Source of the DNA: Phoronis australis
Taxonomy: Eukaryota; Animalia; Phoronida
Assembly: GCA_002633005.1 (NCBI GenBank)
Contig: NMRA01000039.1
Location: forward strand, 179,225-243,224
Reading direction: 5' to 3'
DNA length: 64,000 nt
Of the stretch, positions 1 to 11,300 are shown piece by piece. The position numbers were made by a program, and so were the translations under genes. The number at the start of each line of letters is the position of its first letter. Positions within the stretch are counted from its first letter, which is position 1. The notes below the pieces were generated by a model, which was given only the letters and a program-made list of their open reading frames with translations, searched no databases and was not told the origin of the DNA.

Positions 1-670
1 CAAACTCTCTGCAAGATCTTTATTTAATTTAGCGAGTGTATTTATGTGAAGTTGACAACGGGCGGCGACGACCTTCAGACGAATCCGACAAACGCTGTGC
101 CTCCAAGTGGCAAATCAAATTTTGCTGTGTTCCTCTTTTTTCCTAATTCAATTTCCTTGAGAGATTTTCATGAAATTTGGTAAGTAGTTTTCTATTGAAA
201 CGATGCCATATTCCTGTTTTTGGACGATTTGCCTATTTTGTGCCATCTAGTGGCCATTTTTACCGTTTTGTAGTCTGTTTTTGCATCTGTCCCTCTATCA
301 ACTAAATCGCTATAAGTATGATTGTCAAAATCGGCATGTATGTTTTTAGTGTAAAGAGGGCGGTTGACGATTTTCCGACGACTTCGACTGCTGTGGCGCC
401 TCCTAGGGGCAGTTATGTTTTGTTGCATCCGTAGCCTCCTATTGGCAATTTCGCTTTTTTACGTTTTCCTCTGTTTCTCTGAAGTTCGGATTTTTGATAT
501 TTGGTAAATAGCTTTCTATTAAAGAAGAGATGATAACGTACCGTTTTGAGATGGATTCGACTTATTTTGCGCCATCTAATGGCCATTTCTGTGATACGAA
601 TAATCACCTTCAAAAGCCCATTGTTTGCGGTGCCTTCGTGGGCGCATTTCAACGCTCCCGTTGATTTTTT
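1..670 (-). mobile_element. HINE-like (Helentron-associated) non-autonomous element, copy 1, cut by the window edge
   Basis: Ends in gtgggcgcatttcaacgctc (638-658), the terminal motif shared with 3296-3330, 39431-39465 and 41162-41196. Internal ~150-170 bp subrepeats with GYGCCNYCTAGTGGC-type cores at about 98, 240, 395 and 569. Confidence 0.7.
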
Positions 671-802
671 AAGATTACGGAGTTCATAGTGAAATTAAAC
701 AGTAACTTGTTCATGCAGTCAGAAAATTTTTAGACTATTGACATTTCCTGTTAGGTCACGTACTAACTGGCGCATTCACATACATACTCGCTTCCATTAC
801 AG

Positions 803-3800
803 TTTTCATCGGATTTCTCGTTCATGGCTGTAGCGTCGACAACCCAAGAGGGAATCCTATTGAATTTGTGGATTACAGTGGGTAAGATTATGTCAAACCG
901 AAAGCAGTGGGGCTAGTGAGCTAGTCAAGCATATTTGCCAACATCCGAATAGGAAGAACAGCGGGGTAGCCAGGCCATATTGCTAATCAGACTGCAGCAA
1001 TACCCGTGAACACCCCAGAAGTCGTTTTTTTGTTCTGGTAGGGTCTGTTAACTGGAACTGTAGAAAAGTACAAATTGCGCCATAATGAGTAAATTGTGCC
1101 GCTTTGTGTAATGAAACTAACCGGGTGAAAGTTATTCTAGATTAGAAGACTTTAATAGCGAACTAGGTAAAGGCGTACAGGTAATTGCTAAAGCCCTAGT
1201 AAAACGGAGCAACCAGAAATATTATCAGCTGCCAGGCAACACCTGATGAGAGCCTAATTTTTTAATAGTTTGCGAAAGTCTTCATAATGGCTCGAGCCGT
1301 GACTTATTTCCAGGTGTACCATTCCCAAAGTTGCCCATGGGATGCCAGAAGGAGGTTTCACTTACACCGCTGAAGGAGTAACGGGAACGTCGTGCATGAA
1401 CTTCCGGGTCTTCAGAATTTACGGCTACAGAACCATCACTGTACGTTGTAACATAGAATTCACGCTGACGCCCAGAAATCAGGTTTGTTGACTCTATCGT
1501 TTTTGTCTCTTAAATAGTTATGTTACTCATTACAACATTTATGCTCTCTAGTTACATTGCATGCACCCAGCCTAAAAAATGGGTGCACGTATTTTTGAGA
1601 ATGTGGACCAGAGCTATGAATTGTGCATTCTTTAAATTTTTGTATTCCCTGCCTTTTTAGTGGAATTTTGTCTTATTTTTATGCGCCCACATATTTATAT
1701 GTGGACGCATTATGCCGTCATCTCCGTCCGTCCGGCGTCCGGCGTACGCTGCTTTATCTCCAAAACCCTTTGACATACGTTCAAGAAATTTGGCACATAT
1801 GTTCCATTCATAAATGGGACGGCATGTGCGAACTTTCGTACGGATCCGACTACCAGCGTGCCCCCTAGTGGCAATTTTAGTTTTTTAGGCTTACCTTTGA
1901 ATCTTCAAAAGTCCTCAGAACGGATTTTCATGAAATTTGGTATGTAGGCACCTATTAGTGAGATGACGCTATCCTCCGGTTTTCAGATAGATTCGACATA
2001 GTTTGCCCCACCTAGTGGCCATTTTCANNNNNNNNNNNNNNNNNNNNNNNNNNNNNNNNNNNNNNNNNNNNNNNNNNNNNNNNNNNNNNNNNNNNNNNNN
2101 NNNNNNNNNNNNNNNNNNNNNNNNNNNNNNNNNNNNNNNNNNNNNNNNNNNNNNNNNNNNNNNNNNNNNNNNNNNNNNNNNNNNNNNNNNNNNNNNNNNN
2201 NNNNNNNNNNNNNNNNNNNNNNNNNNNNNNNNNNNNNNNNNNNNNNNNNNNNNNNNNNNNNNNNNNNNNNNNNNNNNNNNNNNNNNNNNNNNNNNNNNNN
2301 NNNNNNNNNNNNNNNNNNNNNNNNNNNNNNNNNNNNNNNNNNNNNNNNNNNNNNNNNNNNNNNNNNNNNNNNNNNNNNNNNNNNNNNNNNNNNNNNNNNN
2401 NNNNNNNNNNNNNNNNNNNNNNNNNNNNNNNNNNNNNNNNNNNNNNNNNNNNNNNNNNNNNNNNNNNNNNNNNNNNNNNNNNNNNNNNNNNNNNNNNNNN
2501 NNNNNNNNNNNNNNNNNNNNNNNNNNNNNNNNNNNNNNNNNNNNNNNNNNNNNNNNNNNNNNNNNNNNGTGAGATGACGCTATCCTCCCGTTTTCAGATG
2601 GATTCGACATAGTTTGCGCCACCTAGTGGCCATTTTTACTGTTTTCGAGTCTGTATTTTTGCGTCCACCTCTCTATCAACCAAACTGCTCAAAGGATGGT
2701 TGTGAAAATTGGCATGTATGTTCTTACTATGAAGAGGACGGTTGACGCTGAATTTCCCAGGACTTTGATTACTGTGGAGCCTCCTAGTGGCATTTTTTTT
2801 TGCGCCCATGGCTGTATCTCCCAAACCGTTTGCAGGATCTTTACTAAATTTAGCAAGTGTATTTATGTGATGTTGACAACGGACGATGACGACTTTAGGA
2901 TGATTCTGACTACCGGTATGCCTCAAGTGGCAATTTAACTATTTCACATTGACCTCTGTATTTTCATAGGTCTTCAGGTGTATACTTTGTGTTACTTCGT
3001 GACTATGAAGGAAAAGTTCCAAGTAGAAATTTGTTTCTGGCATTCTAATGCTGTGCTAATCTCGTATGTTGGTAAATTTGTTTTTAATTCTACGTTTCTG
3101 TGGTGCTTTAAGCAACTGATGTATAGGATGTGCTTGTATTATGAAGATCACTCACATTTTGCCCCTAGCCTATTGAGGAGACAATGACCATGCCTTTCCA
3201 TTTTGCAAAGTACAACATACTACATGTATGCCCTCTACTGGCCACTTTATGGTACCAATAAACAACCCTAGAAGGATACCGTATACGGTGCAATTGTGGG
3301 CGCATTTCAACGCTCTGCGTTGCTCTTGTTTCGCATGAATTTACATACATGCACAGGTCGGACACAGGTCGTTGATCTTGTGCCGAACTCAAACTTCTGA
3401 ACCCCCTGAGAGATTAACGGTAATTGAGAATACAGTGTACTGCAAAATATTTCTTTGAAAATCGGAAATTTGTTTTCGTAATGGCAGTCCCAAAACGCTG
3501 ACCCTTTTGGTTTATAGACGTGCACGTTCGTCTTACAGAATGCCACCGTTTCTTGTGTTGATCGTAGACGTCGCTCTGCACCCAGCCACGGGCCTTTCTA
3601 CAAACAAGTCGCTATGGATCGCATTATAGTGGACCCAGCAGGTACTTTGAAAATGCAGTGGAATTCCTTCGTGTTGGTTTGAGTGTCGTTGCGTACAGCG
3701 TATCTAACACAGAGATCCCGAACTCAAGTGATGTTTTGTCGTTTTCTGCCTCTTTATAACAATTTTCAATATATTTTGCTTGAAACTTAGGAAGCATTTG

Positions 3801-4047
3801 GTTGAAACTCGGTGTCATTGTGTTTTCTTACCTACATCTGACATGACAAACATGTAATTAATAATTTTCCACATGATCAACGCAATTTTTATGACACTAA
3901 TTTCATTTGGTTGCAGAATATCACAAGGCAGTACTGAAGATTGCTAATATCCCCCCATCTTCGACATCAATAGATGAAACCATTACGCCAACGATTGTAG
4001 CAGCCATTCTGGCTGTTGGCGTAGCCATCCGTGCGATTGCTATTTAG
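803..4047 (+). CDS. ZP (zona pellucida) domain protein, last four coding exons; 5' part lies upstream of the window
   Basis: Exons 803-881, 1314-1482, 3518-3641 and 3917-4047, all AG/GT-bounded and phase-compatible. Translation: FIGFLVHGCSVDNPRGNPIEFVDYSGCTIPK...NFRVFRIYGYRTITVRCNIEF...TCTFVLQNATVSCVDRRRRSAPSHGPFYKQVAMDRIIVDP...IVAAILAVGVAIRAIAI*. This is the ZP-C pattern (C..D.xGC, F.xF, V.C) followed by a polybasic furin site, an external-hydrophobic-patch-like RIIV and a hydrophobic C-terminus. Confidence 0.8.
1676..3330 (-). mobile_element. HINE-like element, copy 2, spanning the assembly gap inside a ZP-gene intron
   Basis: One end has a T-run, a hairpin (atgcgcccacatat-tt-atatgtggacgcat, 1681-1710) and a (GTCC/GGCGTCC) microsatellite. 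The other end is gtgggcgcatttcaacgctctgcgttgctcttgtt. It is the reverse complement of 41162-42369. Confidence 0.75.
2028..2568. other. Assembly gap (541 N)
   Basis: Run of n characters. Confidence 1.
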
Positions 4048-5024
4048 GTGTACCAGCGCCTCGGCACCGTAAAACGAATTGTTACCGATAGTTTTTACAC
4101 GTCTTAGAACCTCTGGTCTACCTGACATTTTTTATGATTTTAACTTATGTTTTTAAAAGTCTGTAGAAAACCCAAGAGAATAATGCAGACCAAACGCTTA
4201 AAAAAGTTTACATACTAGACTCGGGTAGACCCTCTAGGCTGCTTTTCTTCATTGTTAGGGATACATTGATGTTACAACCCTTGATTTGTTCTGAACTAAG
4301 TCCTTGTTTTGAATAGGTTGTTTTAATGTCTCAGCTATTTAGTTGCGATTAGTAACTAAGCGATTCCTACGATTACGTAATACAAAATTAGACCTTGACA
4401 AAACAATGCTGCAGGGAACAATAAGTTAAAAGTTGCCGGTACCTGTAGTTGCGAAATTAATTGCTGCTTACCACATCAACTGTAATCAGATATTAGTATG
4501 AAAGGTTAGATATAAACCAACTGTTTCTATTGGTAAGTAGTGGCAGATATATATTAGTTAGAATACCTTAAATAAAATTCAACTCCAGTGACATTATAGT
4601 TTTAGCAAAGTCCGACCCCAGTGCAGTACACTGCCGGGAACTTAATGCTTTTCTACGTCAGAGGATTGATGCTGTTGTCATAAGATGAAAATTTTACCTC
4701 AGATTATCCGTTTTTATGTCTTTAAGAAATCTTATGACATTCATGGTGCTGCAGAAGCTAACCCTTCACCAGGATAGATATTAGTTCCTTGTATATCATT
4801 TTGAACTCTTTAGCACATGCAGTTGTATAAGAGATGGGAATAAGGAAATACTTAATTCTCAGTTTCTGTGCCGCAGTTATCAAGCCAAGTTGTAGCAGAG
4901 TTGTTATGTTTATTGTTTTAATAACCTTGCATATATATTGATATCTTTTAAGTGTGAGAATAATAAAATCGAATCAATGTTAATTTACATCAACTAATTT
5001 ATAACGATGAACATAGTTAAAACA

Positions 5025-5132
5025 AAAAGCAAAACTACAAATATAATATTACTAAGTCCGAAAAAGATGCCCTTACAAAAAAGCAAAACTACAAATATAA
5101 TATTCCTAAGTACGAAAAAGATGCCCTTACAA
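5025..5132 (+). repeat. 54-bp tandem duplication (2 copies) at the 5' edge of the Penelope-like remnant
   Basis: aaaagcaaaactacaaatataatatt(a/c)ctaagt(c/a)cgaaaaagatgcccttacaa occurs twice, reading KSKTTNIILLSPKKMPLQ then KSKTTNIIFLSTKKMPLQ. Confidence 0.9.
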
Positions 5133-5589
5133 CCATTCATAACTATGTTCAATCCATGTTTAAACGGAATTAGCCACGTCTTCAAAAAACATCTTTCTAC
5201 GCTGCATATTTCCCCTCAAATGAAAAACCTATTTCCTCATCCACCAATAATTCCTTGGAGAAAACGTAAAAATCTAAAAAATTATTTAGTTAAAGCTAAT
5301 ATCGACAATATACACCAAACTGACAAACCTATTGGCAACACACAATGTAACAGAACTAGGTGTAAAATGTGTAACTTCATCAACGATAGCACTTTTTTCC
5401 AGCCTTCCCAAACCAATGAAAACTTTGAAATAAAAAATTATTCTGATTGCACCACCAACAATATTATTTACCTTATAACTTGTAAAAAATGTTCTATCCA
5501 ATACGTAGGACAAACTCAACATAATCTACAAACTCGGTTTCGTAATCATAGATTTAACATAATACATAAAAACATTTCTGATACTATAG

Positions 5590-5814
5590 AATATAAATCG
5601 GTAAATAAAACAACAAGAATTGATCAACTGAAATTTGAAATTTTCGGAGGTAACAATTTCCTTTGATAAAGGAAGTTGTTACCTCCGAAAATTTCAAATT
5701 TCAGTTGATCCATTCTTGTTGTTTTATTTACCGATTTATATTCTTCATTTCACGAAACAATAGTATCCTTGGGAGGATCTGGATCGCCTTATTTAGTTTC
5801 AGATATATTTTCTA
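5590..5814. mobile_element. Short PLE-terminus insertion (inverted plus direct copy) with an 11-bp target duplication
   Basis: tgatactatag at 5579-5589 and 5815-5825. Arms 5589-5664 and 5668-5743 form a 76-bp inverted repeat with 2 mismatches. 5663-5814 closely matches 6095-6243. Confidence 0.85.
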
Positions 5815-8351
5815 TGATACTATAGGTAATCATTTCAATTCCAAAAACCATAATATTCAAGATCTTTCTGTACAAATAATTGAAAAACTCCAACAACCCA
5901 GTACCCCTCACAGACTCAAAAGAGAACAATATTGGATAGACAAACTTAATACAATAGAGCCTCTTTTATTGAACATAAAAACATCTTAAAATATGTCATT
6001 GAATTTTTTACGCAAAAATGTATCATTTTCATTACACCATATCTTATATGTCAATTGTCATTTTGTGTTTGATTTTACTTTATTTCTGTTTTTGTTGATA
6101 AAGGAAGTCATTACATCCGAAAATTTCAAATTTCAGTTGATCCATTCTTGTTTTATTTACCGATTTATATTCTTCATTTCATGAAACAATAGCATCCTTG
6201 GGAGGATCTGGATCGCCTTATTTAGTTTCAGATATATTTTCTACGCTACAGCCAATGAGATGTATCCGCTGATAAAACGGGAAAATTTCGATCCCAGCCG
6301 GTGCCAAAAAGCTAAAACAAATTAAAACCTTAACAAACCAAACAATGGGAGGAGCTGACAGTGGAATTTACAATGTACTTCTCTGCCTTTATATTTATGA
6401 ACCACTGTGAAGTAATCGAATTTACATGTATGTCCACCAAGTCTGAGTTGGCATAAATCGGAAGTCAGTTTCGTGCTCTCATTACTATAGAGAGCGCCAA
6501 TACGAAAAGTCCCCTGTTGAAGAGAGTAAACGCTTGTTACAGGAGATTGGCATATGACCAATAGATGGAGCGCTGCATGAAAATTTTCCATTCGAGGGCT
6601 GGTGTGGCCTACCAAACTTACCGATTCGACAGTTGATATGTTAATAATTCGGTTCGGCACTTAAAACTTTTACATTACAGCGAGTTCATGAGGTTTAACT
6701 GAAACTTAGGAAACCAGAAAAAAAAACTAAGTAAAAAAGTCGACCGCAACCCTTAAGAAAAACCAATGACCACGGTAGACTGAAAGCTAAAAGACAAGCT
6801 GTCTAGCCCACCTGAGTAACAAGGTGACAAAAATTAAAGAACTAATCACTAGTTCGTTCAATGTATTGTCGTGTTTTCACGCCTTGACACGAGCTGTCCA
6901 CTAAACTTGAGGCAGACAACTCCGCCCCTACCTCGCTGTCTGGCCCCAATACAGACCGATCCGTCTCCGTGCCAGTACCGTGGTTGATCAAAACAATTCA
7001 CAGACTGAAGACATCGGAAAATACGACATTACACCGAAAAGATTAAACTTCTAAGACTACAGCTTTAAACACCAGTACAAAGTGTAAATTTTTTATTTAG
7101 ACTACTCACTGTTAAGAAACTGGCCTAATTTGTCTCTAAGTAGAATACAATGTAGGTGCGGTTTCTAGCTGTAACTGACGGTTCGTCACTGCCTGATATC
7201 ACAACTTGCAAGCTGACTTTGTCACGTTTCCTAATTTACTGAACGTCCCTAAAAATAATCAGCTGTTAGTTCTTTAAAAGCCCAAAACTTATTTATCATT
7301 TGAGCAAGGGACAAGTTAAGAAAAATTTTATCACGGTCCGTAGTCTAAATCAAAATTTAGTTTCTTCAATGCAACGCAGGTTTGTAGCCCCTTATCCCTG
7401 GATCAAGTAAAAAATGGTGCGTATCTCTTCCCGATTCATTTTAGTTAAAACCTAAGTAAAACGGATTTTAACGCAAGTCAGATGGGTCGAAACGTAAACC
7501 CAGGTGATGTTCATTCAACGTAACTTCAAATATTTCCAAACTTAACTGAACTTAACATGCGCGCACCCAACCTAAAACATGAAGGTGCTCAAATTTTTGA
7601 GAACGTGGACATTTACTCAGATTCACGGGTTACGTTCAGAACGTATGAATTGTGCTTTCGCCGAATTTTGGTAGTTCCTGCCATTTTAGTGGACTTGCCA
7701 CGTTTTCTACTTTTTTCGTAGTTTTTGTTTCTGTGAGTCGGACCTTTTTGCCCACTTCGCCAAATGGGGGGGCTCGTTCGAGCTCCCCGAAACCCCTGGG
7801 TGCAACAACTGACTCGTGCATTGTAGGTACTCGCGCAACTGCCGCCATACGCAACGCGACAAATTAATGGTAAAATCTGGCAAACACAGGAACACAAGCA
7901 GGGCTGGAAGTTACAAAATGTTTATATTTTAGTGACATCCTTCCACTGACGAAACTTAGTCTGTGTTCTAAATTGTTGAATTACAAACATTTTTAGGTCT
8001 GGTCAGCACGCCACCTGTGGCCACATCACATGTCCTAATGAATACAAGTCTGAAAGGATGTGTGCCCCAAGCGGAAGTAGTGGAACCCGGGGCCCCTGCT
8101 GATAGTGCAGACACTCTATTCCAATAAGATATACCAAAGTGTATAAATTAGTGAAAGAGTGGTATTTAACAAGGTATATGACTAACTACTAAAAACTGCA
8201 ATTAAGCTTGATTCTCCACCTGTCATCGAAATAACATGAAGTCCGTCACAGACTTCTGTCATGGTTTAAACTAAATTAGAAATGAGAATCAGCTATACAT
8301 CAATCAAAACTGCTTAGTATTATCAAGTTGAAATGGCATGTCGTAAAACTT

Positions 8352-11300
8352 TTAGCCTTGCAATTGTTGTTTCACCCAATTTTTCAGTGCCTGAAACAAA
8401 TACAAAAGTATTTATTAAATAAGCTTAAATTTACTCTTAAACTTACTGCCTTCTATCAACTTCACAGACCGTAGTCATTCTGCATCGCTGTCAGTTCAAA
8501 CATCAAAGTATTACTGTCGCTATTTTGTACTCCAGCTCTACAGAACAACTGTTTTAGAGAATCAATAAAGTAGAATGCCACGTGATTTATGCAAACATGT
8601 ACAACAGTTTGATCTTGATACATTGAGATGAAAAACGTTAAAAGTAAGTTGCCATTTCAAAGTACAGTACTCGTAAAATCTATCTTTAAAGCTCCTTTTT
8701 CGCAGGGTCAACTGATTGAATTAAGATGGCTGATATTGTCTAAAACACCGTCCATGTCATTAACACTAACTAACTCATGGCATTAAGAAACAAAACAAAC
8801 GCTTCCCTGAAAACATGCATGACACAAAAATAACCGCTTCCAAAAATGTCGGACGCTGTATGGGGCTTAAGAGCAAAATAGCCAAGTAAACATTTAATCT
8901 CAAAAAAGTTTCGATTTTACCTGGATACCGCTGTAAAGATGGTTGCAATAATCAGCAACGAACGTCTCCGGTAATGACTTGTCAAGTCCTATGCGCCGAC
9001 TTTCCGCCAACGCCACGCTGCCGTCGTAATCGATAAAACAAAGACGCGTCGTAAGCTCATGAGTAGGACGCAAGAACGCTGGACCACCAGCCATTAGCTG
9101 TAATGCATACGTAAAACAGTGTCCAAAAACAATCGATAAAATTATTTTTATCAGCACTAAGTATTGCAATTGCGCTGTTATTTCACTTAAATTCGAGGCA
9201 GTTGTTGACTTTCATTCAACTGACATTGCATAGCTGTTTTGAACAGTTTGCCTGCAACACAATCTTTGCACATTCCTGTCACAACAATCATAACCCCACC
9301 ACAACCTTCGGTCGCCACCATTGCGCCCAGCGTTACAAACCCTGCACAATCACTCATTGTCGTGTTTTCCAATGCAAGGACCCTTACTGGGGTAACCATG
9401 GGTTTGTACGGTGTCTCCAGCACTGCTAAAAAGATTTGGATGTTGCTCACTGTACAGGGCAGCTTCTCTGACAATGAAAACCGATGACAAGATGTTCGCG
9501 CGGAAGTATTCAATTTTTACACCAAACAGCAATACTATACAATACAATACACTTCTCTCCCTTGAGACTCAGTTGGAACTATAGTGCCTTACTGTTGCGA
9601 ATATTCTGGCTCAATTTTGTTGGTTGGCGTACGGCTACATATGCACAATGCTCAAATACGAGCAGTTGGAAAGACAGGACTGCAAGCACTTACCACCACC
9701 GAGGCCTCCTCCAGCAGAGCCGAACACATCTGCTCACAGGTATGTATGTCACGACTTAGCAGTTTTTCTCTGAGTACCTCGAAGTCAGGAAACATGTAAA
9801 AGCTCGCCGATGGTACTTCGACTTTGACATCAACTGACGTTAGCTCCCTGAGAAGAAAAGCAGGTGTGTCACATTTACGACGACCGTTTTGATTAGTAGA
9901 GCTTACGTTGTCCTCAGCCAATAGTCTGGTTGCTGCCCCTAAACCCCTCCCCACGTGAACACTGCAACGTTGATTCTGTAAAATTTTCTTTTGGAAATGT
10001 ATTGCGTTTGGTAAGGAAAACAAAACAAGCTTGACTGCACTTTGTTCAACCTTGGGCCTTTTTCATTGAATATGGCGGATGCGACCATCTTGAATTTCTG
10101 CCAATTGCGATATTTTAAACTTGGTAGCTCACAGGGACCTGATGTTTTCGATCTAGTAGAAACCAATTTCAAAGCACTATATATGGCAAGCTAAATCATG
10201 AGCATTGAAACTTACATGAAAATGACACAGTGCGAACTCATGTTAAAAGTACATTGTTTTGCGATCAAATTTATTCGCTGAAGTCAGGGGCGGATCCAGG
10301 GTTTTGAGTTAGGAGGGCCAGGGCAGAGTATTAGGCACAATTTTGACAGTCAGATATTCGCAACCCGAACTGCCAAATGGAGTCTGGGAGAATTTTAGAG
10401 AGGGCCATGGCCTCCTTGCCCCCCCCCCCCTCCCCCCCAATCCGCCACTGGAAGTTTTTAATTGAACGGAGCGGAAAGATTACCATTAAAATTACTATCT
10501 GTCAGCAATAAATTACGCAAACCAATATATCCACCTGTTGGCTATTGGGCTATGGCCTCCGCACGCACAAAATTAAAGGTCTAAAGATTTACCTGACCAC
10601 GTAGTTTCGAACCTGACGGTGTATTCTGTTGATGTGATCCATGTATTCTTTAGACGATTTGTGGTCATTAAACAACTGAAATCAACACAGTCTTAGCAGC
10701 TAAGGGGTGTTTGCTTGCAACTTGTTGAAGCAATCGCCATATTTTGTCCAAATGGCCATTTTGGGAGGCTGTAGATCCTGATTATATCTAATTTGTTTAT
10801 TAAGTCCTTATTAAGTCCTTATTAAGTCCGAAATTAACATAACTGAGGTGGCTGCACATCATCTCAATTTCTTTATAGAACGTGGCAATTTCCTTCTGGA
10901 TGCCTACGCTCGATTTGGTTTTGATATTTGTCTTGCCAGGTCACCCTGCATTCGAGTCATCCGCTCTATAATCTAGTGTCACGACTGTCTGATCAGTAAA
11001 ATCATAGTTTACATTCTGTGAAAAATACATCGTTTAATCGCATTTATGATACGAAATGGTATTATGAAGTGATCTGTGTAGATTATTAATACTTCATCTG
11101 CAATTTCCGCTGCTTTGGTATCCCACAAACCTTGGTAAATATAGCGTCTTACGTATCTCGTAAACTGGTCAACGAAGAACAATAGCTTTCATCTTGTTTA
11201 CTAAGACCAGCATTATGCTGTGAATTCTGGAATTTCAGTTCGGAAGAAGGAATATGCTGTTTTGTCCAAAAGTATGTATATTCATGAACTTTGATATAAA

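Larger units (their letters stand above)
5007..6243 (+). mobile_element. 5'-truncated Penelope-like retroelement: end of RT linker, Cys motif, GIY-YIG endonuclease and 3' terminal (pLTR-like) segment; interrupted
   Basis: Peptides PFITMFNP..LFPHPPIIPWRKRKNLKNYLVKA, CNRTRCKMC, NIIYLITCKKCSIQYVGQT..LQTRFRNH, then GNHFNSKNH..REQYWIDKLNTIEPLLLN are typical of PLE GIY-YIG domains. Removing 5590-5825 rejoins SDTI-GNHF in frame. Terminal segment at 6095-6243. Confidence 0.88.

Noticed and set aside
1240-1285. ctgatgag...gaaa hammerhead-like string
   Set aside because: Stem II pairing is poor and no stems I or III were found; likely chance.
1969-2622. ORFs of 217 and 189 aa
   Set aside because: Artefacts of translating through the N gap.
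9187-9513. Overlapping ORFs on both strands, one with FSNARTL faintly like a LINE endonuclease start
   Set aside because: Intronic, with no further endonuclease or RT motifs and no splice support.
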